From: an uncultured delta proteobacterium
Lineage (GTDB): Bacteria > Myxococcota_A > Polyangia > Polyangiales > Polyangiaceae
Reading direction: 5' to 3'
Assembly: GCA_963782055.1 (NCBI GenBank)
Contig: CAWAIF010000003.1
Location: forward strand, 6,080,001 to 6,144,000
Length of the DNA stretch: 64,000 nt
In this document: positions 37,317 through 46,833 of the stretch, one piece after another
Position numbering within the stretch: the stretch's first letter is position 1
Layout: every line of letters starts with the position of its first letter
Made by a program: the position numbers and the translations under genes
Notes under the pieces: model-generated
Database searches by the model: none
What the model was told of the DNA's origin: nothing
Seen by the model: the letters and a program-made list of their open reading frames with translations, nothing else

Positions 37317-39623
37317 TCACTCCCCGCGCGAGTAAGTCACCGCAGCCAGCGCGCCGATGAGCCCGGCCACCGGGGCCGCGACCACCGGAAACAGGCCGAA
37401 GGCCACCGCGAGCGTGAAGAGGAGGCCCGGCGCCAGGCCCATCATCATCGCGCGCAGGGCGCGCTCCCGCGCGGCGCGCGGCAGGGTGAGCGCCGAGACC
37501 GCGTCGCGCAGGTCGTCGCCGGCGAGCGACGCGGACCACTCCCCCGGCGAGCCGCCCGCGGAGGCGAGGGCGACCGAGACGTCAGCGGCGCCGAGGGCCG
37601 CGTCGTCAACGGCCGGGTGGCCGAGCACCGCCACGACGTCCCCGCCCTCGCCCAGGGCGCGCACCTCCGCGCCGCGCTCCGCCACCGCCACCTCGGGCCG
37701 GAGGTGCTCGACGTCCAGCGCGCGGCCGATGGTCTCGCACGTCTCGCGCGCCTCGCCGGAGAGGAGCACCGGCTCGATGCGTGCATCATGCAACCTCTGG
37801 ATCGCCGGGCGGGCGCCCGCGCGCACGGCGTCCTGGAGCGCGAGCAGGCCGACCAGCTTGCCGCCCCGCGCGAGGAGCAGCACGCTTCGCCCTTGCGCCT
37901 CGTGCTCGCGCACCGTCGCGTCGGCGACGGCGACGCTCACCTTCTCCGAGAGGAGGAAGGAGCGGCGCCCCAGCGCCGCGCGCTCGCCCGACGCGTCGGT
38001 GGCGGAGACGCCCGAGCCGTAGTGCACGGCGGCGCGGACCGACTCCAGCGTGACCGACCGGGCGCGCGCGGTGTGGAGCACCGCCGCGAGGAACGGGTGC
38101 GTACCGCCCATGGCCAGCGCCCCGGCGAGGGCGAGGACGTCGTTGCTGTCCTGCGCGAGGCTGCCGGAGGGCGGCGCGGCCGCGTCACCCGTCTCCGCCG
38201 GGCCGCCCGCGAAGCTCTCCACCGCGACGACCTCCGGCTCACCGGCGAGCACCGTCCCGCGCGTGCACACGACGGCGATCTGCGCGCGACCGGCCCGGTC
38301 GAAGGCGGCGGGGTCGCGGTAGAAGATGCCGGCGTGGAGCGCGCGCAGGTGGCCGCGCCCGTGCGTCAGGGCGACGGCGCCCAGCACGCCCGGCGCGCCG
38401 AAGGCGGAGATGGCCGCCGCCGCCGTGGCGACCGAGGCGAACCAGGAGCCGCCGTTGACGAAGGCCGCAGCGCCCGCGAGCACACCCACCAGCGGCACGA
38501 CGCGCTCGGCCGCGATGCGCGCGAGGTGCACGACCGGCGCGGCCACGTCGACGCGGGAGGCGGGCGAGACGAGCAGCTTCACCGCGGCGCGATCGCCGCC
38601 GGTCCACGTCACCGCCACGCGGAGGTGCCCTGAGAGCACGCGCGCCCCGGCCACGACCGGGTCGCCCTCTCGCCGGGGGACGTCGAGGGTGGCGTCGACC
38701 CACGGGCTGACGGTCGCCTCACCCGCGACGACCACCCCGTCGACGGGCATGACCTCGTCGGTCTCGACCACCACCTGCTCGCCGGCGCGCACCTCGTCGG
38801 CCGCGCGCACCCGGCCCTGCCCGTCGCGCGCGGGCACGTCGATGGCGCGGAGCAGCCGCCCGCGCAGCGCGGCCGTCGTCTCCCGCGCCCGGGCGAGCAC
38901 CGCGTCGACGGCCAGCACCGAGGCCGCCGTGAGGCCGGCGATGGACGCGACCTGCGGCGTGCCCTTCGCGTGGACCGCGAGCGCCCACACCACCGGCACG
39001 CCGGCGAGCACGACCGGAGCAACGGGCGCCCACGCGCGCGCCTCCGACGCGTCCCGCCGCCGCAGCAGGGTGACGACGAGCTGGCAGGCGCACGCGAAGA
39101 GGGCGAGCGGCGCGCGGAGGGTCGCGGCCGGAGCGCCCACGAGCGCCACACCGAGCGCGAGCGCGCCGGCGGCGATGCCGGCGTAGGTGACCGCGTCGAC
39201 GCCGGCGCCACCACGCGCCTCCCCGGACGGGGGCGCCCCCTCCGCGGGCACGGACTCCACGCGCGGACGCATCGAGGGGGGCTCCGCCGTGTCCGCCACC
39301 GACACCGCCCAGGTGCGCACCGGGCCCGATCGCGGGCCCAGGTCTTCCTGCGGCGACTCTGCCTCGACCTCCGCCGGCGGCGAGGCGTCGGAGTCCGCCG
39401 GCACGAGGAGGCGATCGGACGATGTCGCCGGCGCCACGGGCGGCGGCTCGGCGGTGGCCACGTCGTCGCGCGCCACCGAGTCGGCGACGCCCTGCATGTA
39501 CTTCGCCTTGCAGTCGCGATCGCAGAAGTAGAGGAACCGCCCGCCCAGGATGGCGACCTGCCCGGCGCGGAGCGCGTCGACCTCACGACCGCACGCCGGG
39601 CACGCCTGCGGGGCGTCCGGCAT
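37317..39623 (-). CDS. P1B-type ATPase homolog with YHS/TRASH domain; catalytic motifs degenerate
   Basis: CPAC..YFCDRDC; PVDGVV; HP motif; LQDAVR; but CTRGT stands in place of DKTGT. Confidence 0.82.
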   Translation of the reverse strand: MPDAPQACPACGREVDALRAGQVAILGGRFLYFCDRDCKAKYMQGVADSVARDDVATAEPPPVAPATSSDRLLVPADSDASPPAEVEAESPQEDLGPRSGPVRTWAVSVADTAEPPSMRPRVESVPAEGAPPSGEARGGAGVDAVTYAGIAAGALALGVALVGAPAATLRAPLALFACACQLVVTLLRRRDASEARAWAPVAPVVLAGVPVVWALAVHAKGTPQVASIAGLTAASVLAVDAVLARARETTAALRGRLLRAIDVPARDGQGRVRAADEVRAGEQVVVETDEVMPVDGVVVAGEATVSPWVDATLDVPRREGDPVVAGARVLSGHLRVAVTWTGGDRAAVKLLVSPASRVDVAAPVVHLARIAAERVVPLVGVLAGAAAFVNGGSWFASVATAAAAISAFGAPGVLGAVALTHGRGHLRALHAGIFYRDPAAFDRAGRAQIAVVCTRGTVLAGEPEVVAVESFAGGPAETGDAAAPPSGSLAQDSNDVLALAGALAMGGTHPFLAAVLHTARARSVTLESVRAAVHYGSGVSATDASGERAALGRRSFLLSEKVSVAVADATVREHEAQGRSVLLLARGGKLVGLLALQDAVRAGARPAIQRLHDARIEPVLLSGEARETCETIGRALDVEHLRPEVAVAERGAEVRALGEGGDVVAVLGHPAVDDAALGAADVSVALASAGGSPGEWSASLAGDDLRDAVSALTLPRAARERALRAMMMGLAPGLLFTLAVAFGLFPVVAAPVAGLIGALAAVTYSRGE

Positions 39624-39624
39624 G

Positions 39625-40860
39625 TCAGGCGCTCGCCGAGCGCGGCGCGCCGGCGGTGGCCGGCACCTCCAGCAGGAGCTTGCGCACCACGGCGACGCCC
39701 TCCTCGAGCTGGGCGACCGACACCACCAGCGGGGGGCAGAAGCGCAGCACGCGCTCGCCCGCGGCGGTGAGGAGCACGCCGAGCTGCTGCGCGCGCGCGA
39801 CGAGCTCCCGCGCGACGAGGCCCTGGCGAAGCACCAACCCCTGGAGCAGTCCCTCGCCCCGGGCGCCCTCGCACGCGTGCGGCAGCTCCGCGACGAGCGC
39901 CTCCAGCATCCGGTGGAGCGCCGCGCCCTTCTCCCGCGCGCCCTCCACCAGCTTCTCCTCGTCCATGACGCGCAGCACCGCGAGCGACGCGGCGCACGTG
40001 AGCGGGTTGCCGCCGAAGGTGGATCCGTGGGTGCCGGGAGGCAGCGCGCCGGCCAGCGCCTCCGTCGTCAGCATGGCGCCGATGGGCACGCCCCCGCCGA
40101 GCCCCTTGGCCAGCGCCACCGCGTCCGCGCGCGCGCCGCAGCCGTCGTGCCCCAGAAAGCGCCCGAGCCGACCGACGCCGGCCTGCACCTCGTCGACGAG
40201 GAGCAGCGCGCCGGCGGCGTCGCAGATCTTCCGCAGCCCCGCGATGAACCCGGGCGGCGCCACGAAGACGCCGCCCTCTCCCTGCACCGGCTCGACGTTG
40301 ACCGCCGCCACGTCGGGGCCCATCGCCGCCTCCACCGCGGCGAGATCGCCGTAGGGCACGTGCGTGACCGCCCCGAGCTCGCCGAAGCCCTCGCGGTACT
40401 TGGGGGTGCCGGTCATCGAGAGGGCGCCGAGGGTGCGCCCGTGGAACGCCTTGTGGAAGGCGATGACGCGCACGCGTTCTTTCTCGCCGCGCCCGAAGAA
40501 GTGGTGGCGCGCCAGCTTGAGCAGCGCCTCGTTCGCCTCCGTGCCGGAGTTGCAGAAGAAGGCGCGGTCGTAGCCCGTGCGCTTGCAGAGCTCCGTCGCG
40601 AGCCGGATGTTCGGCTCGTTGTAGTAATAGTTGGAGACGTGAATCACCTTCGCCGCCTGATCGGCGATGGCCTTCACCAGCTCGGGGTGCGCGTGCCCCA
40701 GCGCCGAAACTGCGACCCCCGCGCCGAGGTCCAGGCAGCGCTTGCCGTCGACGTCGAAGAGCTCGCAGCCGCTGCCGCGCTCCACGACGAAGGGCGCCGG
40801 CCGGTAGTTCTGGTACAGGTGCGACCTGGCGGCATCGAGAAGCTCGGCGCTCTTGGACAT
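39625..40860 (-). CDS. argD: Acetylornithine aminotransferase
   Basis: FFCNSGTEANE, FHGRT, EPVQGEGG, DEVQAG.GR.G, LAKGLGGG, HGSTFGGNP. Confidence 0.88.
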   Translation of the reverse strand: MSKSAELLDAARSHLYQNYRPAPFVVERGSGCELFDVDGKRCLDLGAGVAVSALGHAHPELVKAIADQAAKVIHVSNYYYNEPNIRLATELCKRTGYDRAFFCNSGTEANEALLKLARHHFFGRGEKERVRVIAFHKAFHGRTLGALSMTGTPKYREGFGELGAVTHVPYGDLAAVEAAMGPDVAAVNVEPVQGEGGVFVAPPGFIAGLRKICDAAGALLLVDEVQAGVGRLGRFLGHDGCGARADAVALAKGLGGGVPIGAMLTTEALAGALPPGTHGSTFGGNPLTCAASLAVLRVMDEEKLVEGAREKGAALHRMLEALVAELPHACEGARGEGLLQGLVLRQGLVARELVARAQQLGVLLTAAGERVLRFCPPLVVSVAQLEEGVAVVRKLLLEVPATAGAPRSASA

Positions 40861-40891
40861 GCCCGTCTCTTAGCGCCGCGCGCGCCGGGCA

Positions 40892-41692
40892 TCAACGTGC
40901 CGCGTCGCCGCGCAGGGCGAGCACGCGGGCGGCGATCTCGACGAAGCCGGTGCCCATCTCCCCCCGCGCCACCCAGCGCGGAGGCAGGGCCAGCCGCGGC
41001 ATCGAGGCGGCGACGTTGGCCACGCCGAAGGTGACGTCGAAGGCGTCGAAGCACGCGCGGTCGTTGCCGCTGTCGCCGGCGAAGGCCCAGCGCGCCCGCG
41101 CCGCCGAGGCGTCCTCCCCGAAGCGCTCGCACAGCAGGGCGATCGCGCCGCTCGCCTTGTCGTCGCCCGCGAAGGTGGCGTGCAGGTGCACGCTGGAGCG
41201 GGAGCTGCGGGCGCCGGCCTCGTGGATGACGCGCTCCATCGCGCGCGCGCGGTCCTCCGGCATCTTGACGCGCTCGCCCACGTCCCACGTCACGTCGGAG
41301 CGGCGCATGTCGACGTCGTCGGTCGTGCGCGCCTCCGGGACGACCTCGCGCATGCGCTCGACGATCCCGGCGAGCCGCGCGCGGCGCGACCGCCGCTCGG
41401 CCGCGTCGCAGCGGTCCAGCACCGACACGCCGCGCGCCTCCCGCAGGATCCAGATCGCGCCGTTCTCGGTGATCGCGGCGTCGACGGGCCACTGGCGCGC
41501 GAGCACCTCGCCCCAGCCGGAGGGGCGGCCGGTCACCATCACCAGCTTCAGCCCAGCGTCGTGGAGGTCCCAGAGCGCGCCGTACGCCTCGCGGGTGAGG
41601 GTCCCGTGGGAGAGCACCGTGTCGTCCAGGTCGAAGAGCAGGCCGACGAGGCGGCGCGCCGTCGTGGCGTCCAGGGCCTCGAGCGGGCGCAC
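40892..41692 (-). CDS. HAD-IIB family hydrolase
   Basis: FDLDDT, VTGR, ENGA, DK, GDSGND. Confidence 0.88.
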   Translation of the reverse strand: MRPLEALDATTARRLVGLLFDLDDTVLSHGTLTREAYGALWDLHDAGLKLVMVTGRPSGWGEVLARQWPVDAAITENGAIWILREARGVSVLDRCDAAERRSRRARLAGIVERMREVVPEARTTDDVDMRRSDVTWDVGERVKMPEDRARAMERVIHEAGARSSRSSVHLHATFAGDDKASGAIALLCERFGEDASAARARWAFAGDSGNDRACFDAFDVTFGVANVAASMPRLALPPRWVARGEMGTGFVEIAARVLALRGDAAR

Positions 41693-41693
41693 G

Positions 41694-42884
41694 TCAGGCC
41701 CTCTTCTCGACGCGCGCGATGAGCGCCTTGAGGTACAGCCCCTCGGTGTGGGCGGCCGCCACGGGGTGGTCGACGCCCTGGAAGTGGCGCTCCACGACGA
41801 TGGGGAGGCGGCCGCAGCGCATGCCGCCGGTCGCGAGCGCGCGGGTCAACGCGGCGAGGTCCACCGCGGCAGAGCACGACGAGAGCACGACGAAGCCGCC
41901 GGGACGCGTCGCGCGGCACGCGAGCTCGGCCAGCTTGGCGTAGGCCATCAGCGCGCCGTCGCGCGCGCGCCGGGAGGGCGCGAGCCGGGGCGGGTCCACC
42001 AGCACCATGTCGTAGCCGCCCTCCGCGCCCGCCTCGGCCAGCACGTGGCGCGCGTCGGCGCGCACGAAGCGGATGCGCGCGTCCAGGCCGTTCAGCGCCG
42101 CGCAAGCGGCCCCCACCTCCAGCGCGGGCGCGCTCTCGTCGACGGCGACCACCTCCGTCGCCCCGCCGCGCGCCGCCGCCAGCGCGAACGGCCCGACGAA
42201 GCTGTAGGCGTCCAGCACGCGCTTGCCCTTCGCCAGCGACTCGACCCGCGCGCGCAGCGCCCGCTGGTCGAAGTAAAAGCCCGTCTTCTGCCCGAGCTCG
42301 GTGGGGATGGCGTAGCGAAGCCGCCGCTCCAGGAAGGAGAGCTCGGTCACCTCGTCGCCCAGGATGACGCCCGACCCCGCGTCGAACGCCTCCGCCTTGG
42401 CGATGCTCGGCGAGGTCCGGTCCAGGATGGTCTTCGGCCGCAGGATGTCGACGAGCGCCTGGAGCACCAGGCTCTCGCGCAGCTTCATGCCGAAGGTGGA
42501 AAACTGCACGGCGAGCACGTCCCCGTAGCGGTCCACGATGAGGCCCGGCAGCTCGTCGCCCTCGGCGTGCACCAGCCGGTAGCCGCTGGTGTCGGGGCCG
42601 GGCAGGCCGCACTGTCGCCGCCACGCATCGGCGCGCCCGATGCGGTCGTGGAAGAAGCGCCCGTCGATGCGCGTGCGCTCGTCGCGGACGATCAGGCGCA
42701 CCGGGATCGCCGATCCCGGGGAGTAGAAGCCGCGCCCGAGGAAGTTGCCGCGGGGGTCGACGACCGAGACCTCGTCGCCGCCGGTGGCCCCGCCCTCGAC
42801 CCGCTCGACGGCCTGGGCGTAGACCCACGGGTGGCCCGCCCAGATGGGCTGGATGTGGCCGGGCTTCAGGCGGACGGTGGGCAT
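41694..42884 (-). CDS. rlmI: Class I SAM-dependent rRNA methyltransferase (RlmI family)
   Basis: GHPWVY PUA domain, EGDELPGLIVDRY, GQKTGFYFDQR, DPP, SSCS, YLK. Confidence 0.88.
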   Translation of the reverse strand: MPTVRLKPGHIQPIWAGHPWVYAQAVERVEGGATGGDEVSVVDPRGNFLGRGFYSPGSAIPVRLIVRDERTRIDGRFFHDRIGRADAWRRQCGLPGPDTSGYRLVHAEGDELPGLIVDRYGDVLAVQFSTFGMKLRESLVLQALVDILRPKTILDRTSPSIAKAEAFDAGSGVILGDEVTELSFLERRLRYAIPTELGQKTGFYFDQRALRARVESLAKGKRVLDAYSFVGPFALAAARGGATEVVAVDESAPALEVGAACAALNGLDARIRFVRADARHVLAEAGAEGGYDMVLVDPPRLAPSRRARDGALMAYAKLAELACRATRPGGFVVLSSCSAAVDLAALTRALATGGMRCGRLPIVVERHFQGVDHPVAAAHTEGLYLKALIARVEKRA

Positions 42885-43048
42885 CGGGGAGCCGCCAGGT
42901 ATACCAGCCTCCCCTTCCCCACGATCGCCAGCGTGCTAACGATCCGACGGGGGCCCCGTCCATCCATCCGTTCAAGGTGCCCCGTGAACCGGCGGTCACT
43001 GTGCCCCGCGTGGGGTGCCGATTCCTGGCCGTTTCGAGAGGTTTCCCG

Positions 43049-43065
43049 CTGGCACTGCCATTGCT
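43049..43065 (+). promoter_or_regulatory. sigma54 -24/-12 promoter
   Basis: CTGGCACTGCCATTGCT, a near-perfect TGGCAC-N5-TTGC, about 35 bp upstream of ATG 43101. Confidence 0.8.
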
Positions 43066-43100
43066 TAGGATCCAGAGTGCGTGCTTGGAGGCACGAGCCC

Positions 43101-44009
43101 ATGACGAAGATGGTTGCGCCCCCGAAGAAGATCCTGTCCCTGAGCGTGTTCGCCATCACCTTCGGGGTGGCCGCGGTCGCGTCGGCGCAGCAGCCCACCC
43201 CGAACTGTCCGCCGGGTAGCTGGTTCTGCGCGGATGCTCAGGTGCAGGGCAGCGCGTCGGTCAACGTGGGTGGTGGGCAGCAGCTCCAGCCGCTGCCTCC
43301 TCCTCCGCCGGCTCCCCCCGCGCAGCCCCCGGTCGTCATCACCGACGCGCCCCCGGCCCAGCCCCCGCCCGTCGTGGTCTACCAGCCGGCGCCCCCGCCC
43401 GTCGTCTACGTGCACCCCCGCACCGAGTACACCGGCCGGATCGTGCGCCGCCGCACCGTGCTGCCGTACGCCCCGCACGAGTGGGGCTTCAACCTCCGGC
43501 TGGACGGCGCGCTCTTCGGCGGCGGCTACAACAACAACGCCGGCATGGGCGGCATCGGCGGCGGCCTCCGCTACAAGTTCACCCCGTACATCGGCGTGGA
43601 GGGCGGCGTCGATTTCGTCATCGGCCGCGACTACAACGACTACGCCCGCAACGAGAGCGCCTTCACCGTCAACGCGCTGCTCTTCTTGAACCCGAAGAAC
43701 CGCGCGCAGGTCTATCTGCTCGGCGGCATCGGCTGGTCGCTCGCCCACGTGACGAACGACACCTACTACGACGAGGCGAACTACAACCAGACGCAGGACT
43801 ACGCCTACTTCGGCGGGCAGTTCGGCGTCGGGCTGGAGTACCGCGCCTCGCGCGCCTTCGCGGTCAACTTCGACCTGCGCGGCTTCGTGCGTGGCCGGAC
43901 GGACCCGGGCTCGGGCAACAACCCCGAGTTCACCGACCCGTCCACCGGCCAGACGACGAACACCTCAGGCGGCGCCCTGGCCACCGTCGGCATGACGTTC
44001 TACTTCTGA
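43101..44009 (+). CDS. Outer-membrane beta-barrel protein with Pro-rich N-terminus
   Basis: Signal peptide, CPPGSWFC, poly-Pro, alternating beta strands, C-terminal TFYF. Confidence 0.8.
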   Translation: MTKMVAPPKKILSLSVFAITFGVAAVASAQQPTPNCPPGSWFCADAQVQGSASVNVGGGQQLQPLPPPPPAPPAQPPVVITDAPPAQPPPVVVYQPAPPPVVYVHPRTEYTGRIVRRRTVLPYAPHEWGFNLRLDGALFGGGYNNNAGMGGIGGGLRYKFTPYIGVEGGVDFVIGRDYNDYARNESAFTVNALLFLNPKNRAQVYLLGGIGWSLAHVTNDTYYDEANYNQTQDYAYFGGQFGVGLEYRASRAFAVNFDLRGFVRGRTDPGSGNNPEFTDPSTGQTTNTSGGALATVGMTFYF

Positions 44010-44037
44010 TCCGATCTTCGGCTACGCTCCGCGTGGT

Positions 44038-45648
44038 TTGAGCTCGAAGAAGAAGTCGAAGAAGAAGAAGACGGAAGAGGTCCGCGACCCGGCGGCGCTC
44101 AAGCGGACGGCCGCCGTGCTCGCCATCTGCCTGGCGAGCGGCGCCATGATGGCGCTCTCCACGCCGCCCTGGGACCTGGTCCCCTTCCCCTTTCTGGGCA
44201 TGGTCGTGCTCGCCTACCTGCTGGGCGAGCCGGTCCGCGCGAAGCGAGGCTTCCGGTTCTGGACGGCGGGCGGCCTGCGCGGCCTGCTCTTCGGCACCGG
44301 CACCAACCTCATCGCGCTGCGCTTCGTCGTCGCGGTCATCACCCGCTTCACCCCCCTGCCCTGGGCGGCGGGCGCGCTCGCGCTCGTGCTGCTCTCGCTG
44401 GAGCAGGGCTTCCGCTTCTGCGCGGCGGCCATCGTCGCCATCCACCTCACGCGCAGGGGCGTCCCGCGCTGGCTGTCCTTCGGGCTGGGGGTGTACCTGA
44501 GCAGCTTCCTCTGGGCGCTCTTTCCCTGGACGGTCGCCACCGGCCTCGTGCCCTACCCACCCCTGCTGCAGCTCTGCGAGGTCATCGGCGAGCGCGGCGT
44601 CTCGCTGCTGATGGCGCTCTCCTCCGGGCTGGCCGCGGAGGCCATCCGCTTCTATCGCGCGGGCCCCGAGCAGCGCCGGCGGGCCGCGCTGACCGGCGGG
44701 GCCGCGGTCGCCATCCCGGTGCTCATGCTGGTCCACGGTCTGCTGGCGACGCACCGCGTGGAGGCGGTGCGCGCCGCCGCGCCGAAGGCCCGCGTCACGC
44801 TCATCCAGCCCTCCATCGAGGCCACCGAGCGCTGGGACCGCAAGCAGGCCGAGGGGATCCTCAACCGGCTCGCCTCCCTCACGCGCACCGCCGAGCGCCG
44901 GCAGCCACCGCCCGATCTCACCATCTGGACGGAGGCGTCGTACCCGTACTCGGTGAGCGCCAGCGCCCGCTACGACCGCATGGGCGGCTGGGCCATCATG
45001 CAGCCGGGCATCCACGGTCCGCTCCTGGTCGGCCTGATGATGCGCACCAGCAAGGGCTCCTACAACTCGGCGGTGATCGTCAACGGCGGCCGCTTCAGCG
45101 AGCCGTACTACAAGATGCACCTTCTCGCGTTCGGCGAGCACGTGCCGCTGTCCGACACCTTCCCGTGGCTCCGCGAGATGTTCTTCCGCGGCACCGGGCT
45201 GCTCGCCGGCACCAAGCAGGTGCGCCTCGACTCCGGCAAGATCCACCTGGCCGTCCTCAACTGCTACGAGGACACCCTGCCGGAGGCCGCCCGCGAGGCG
45301 ATGGCGGTGCGGCCCAACCTCCTCGTCAACATCACCAACGACGCCTGGTTCTCCGGCACCACCGAGAGCGAGCTGCACCTGCGGCTGGCCGTGCTGCGCG
45401 CCATCGAGATGCGCCGCGACATGGTGCGCGCGGTCAACTACGGGCCGACGACGTGGGTCGACGCGACCGGCCGCACGCGCGCGCGCTACGACAGCCCGCT
45501 GCCCGGCACCCTGCCCACCGAGCCGGCGCTGCTGGAGGGCGAGACCCTGTACGCGCGCGCGGGCGACGCGCCGCTCCTGTTGCTGACGGTGATCCTGGTC
45601 GGGTACTTCTTCGTGCAGCAGAAACGCAAAGGGCGCCCGGCCTCGTGA
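44038..45648 (+). CDS. lnt: Apolipoprotein N-acyltransferase
   Basis: TM helices; nitrilase triad WTE, YYKMHL..FGE, NCYED; NITNDAWF. Confidence 0.92.
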   Translation: MSSKKKSKKKKTEEVRDPAALKRTAAVLAICLASGAMMALSTPPWDLVPFPFLGMVVLAYLLGEPVRAKRGFRFWTAGGLRGLLFGTGTNLIALRFVVAVITRFTPLPWAAGALALVLLSLEQGFRFCAAAIVAIHLTRRGVPRWLSFGLGVYLSSFLWALFPWTVATGLVPYPPLLQLCEVIGERGVSLLMALSSGLAAEAIRFYRAGPEQRRRAALTGGAAVAIPVLMLVHGLLATHRVEAVRAAAPKARVTLIQPSIEATERWDRKQAEGILNRLASLTRTAERRQPPPDLTIWTEASYPYSVSASARYDRMGGWAIMQPGIHGPLLVGLMMRTSKGSYNSAVIVNGGRFSEPYYKMHLLAFGEHVPLSDTFPWLREMFFRGTGLLAGTKQVRLDSGKIHLAVLNCYEDTLPEAAREAMAVRPNLLVNITNDAWFSGTTESELHLRLAVLRAIEMRRDMVRAVNYGPTTWVDATGRTRARYDSPLPGTLPTEPALLEGETLYARAGDAPLLLLTVILVGYFFVQQKRKGRPAS

Positions 45649-45660
45649 GACCGGACGCCC
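45621..45660 (-). terminator. Intrinsic terminator of the HU gene
   Basis: Minus-strand arms GGGCGTCCGGTCTC and GAGGCCGGGCGCCC (two G-U pairs) followed by TTTGCGTTTC. Confidence 0.72.
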
Positions 45661-45684
45661 TCGGCGCTTCCTCTCGAGGAGGAC

Positions 45685-45996
45685 TTACTGGATGAGGTCC
45701 TTCAGGGCCTTGAGCGCCGACGCGCGGATCTTCTTCTGCGCGGGCTTGGCCGGACGGTTCTCCATCGACTTGGTGAAGGGGTTGTAGCGCGGGCCGGCCG
45801 GGATCGGCTTGGTCTTCCGCACCTTGAGCTTGAGCAGACCCGGGATCACGAACTCCCCGGGGCCACGGCTGCCCAGCTGCTTCTTGATCACCTCCGTGAG
45901 GCTATCAAACACGCGATTCACGCTCTTCTTGTCGAGCTCAGCCTGCTCGGCAATTTCGGCAATCACCTGCGCCTTGGTCAAACGCTTTCCAGACAT
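45685..45996 (-). CDS. HU family DNA-binding protein
   Basis: LTKAQVIAEIAE, F.IPGLLKL, NPFT, KPA..K. Confidence 0.9.
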   Translation of the reverse strand: MSGKRLTKAQVIAEIAEQAELDKKSVNRVFDSLTEVIKKQLGSRGPGEFVIPGLLKLKVRKTKPIPAGPRYNPFTKSMENRPAKPAQKKIRASALKALKDLIQ

Positions 45997-46287
45997 GTGC
46001 GCTTCCTCCTGACGAACGAATCGTTCTTGTGGTCCGCCACTCTTACGCCCAATCACCGAGCGTTCGCAGAACGCGCGGTGCCGGGTAGCAACAGCGCCCC
46101 CCGTTGCGGGCCCTGTATAAATCGATGCGTATCCCCGCCCGTGGCCTTTCGCAAGGAAAAAGAGGGGCCTTTGCGCGGCTCAGCGTCTCGGGGGCCCGAA
46201 AAAGTGGGCCGTACGTGAGGCGTCGTCTCTCAAAAGCCCCGCAGTTACGAACTGTTTTCAGCCATTCTGAAGGCTCCGTATCCGGCA

Positions 46288-46776
46288 TTACCCCCGGCCA
46301 CGCTCAGCGCGTTGATTGCGCTTCCCGCCCTTCCTCCCGGGAGGGGTCGACGCGGCGCACAGGCGGTCGGTCTCGGCGCGCATGGCGCGGTCCCGGCTGG
46401 GCGTGTCGTGGTCCCAGCCGAGGAGGTGGAGCAGCCCGTGGGCGAGGAGCATGGTGGCCTCTTCCAGGAAGGGCTTGCCCGCCGCCTTCGCCTGCCGCCG
46501 GGCCGTCGGTACGCTGATCACCACGTCCCCCAGAAGGCCCGTTTCCATGTCCCCGAACTCCCCCTCGGCCATGGCGAAGGCGAGCACGTCGGTGGGGCGG
46601 TTCTTCTTGCGGTAGACGCGATTCAACTTCTGGATTTGATCATCGTCGGTAAGAACGATTGATAATTCCGCGTTTCGCCGTTGAACGGCGGACAGCATCG
46701 AGCGCGCGCGGCGGGACAGCTCGCGCGCGTCCACCGCCCCCAGCGCCCTCTCTTGCACAACGAGTCGAACCGGCAT
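46288..46776 (-). CDS. ybeY: rRNA maturation endoribonuclease YbeY
   Basis: LNRVYR..PTDVLAF, LGDVVIS, HGLLHLLGWDH. Confidence 0.93.
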   Translation of the reverse strand: MPVRLVVQERALGAVDARELSRRARSMLSAVQRRNAELSIVLTDDDQIQKLNRVYRKKNRPTDVLAFAMAEGEFGDMETGLLGDVVISVPTARRQAKAAGKPFLEEATMLLAHGLLHLLGWDHDTPSRDRAMRAETDRLCAASTPPGRKGGKRNQRAERGRG

Positions 46777-46833
46777 CGCCCGTGCCCCTGTGCTAGACGT
46801 GCAGCCACGCGCGGTCAACGCGCGAGAAGAGCC

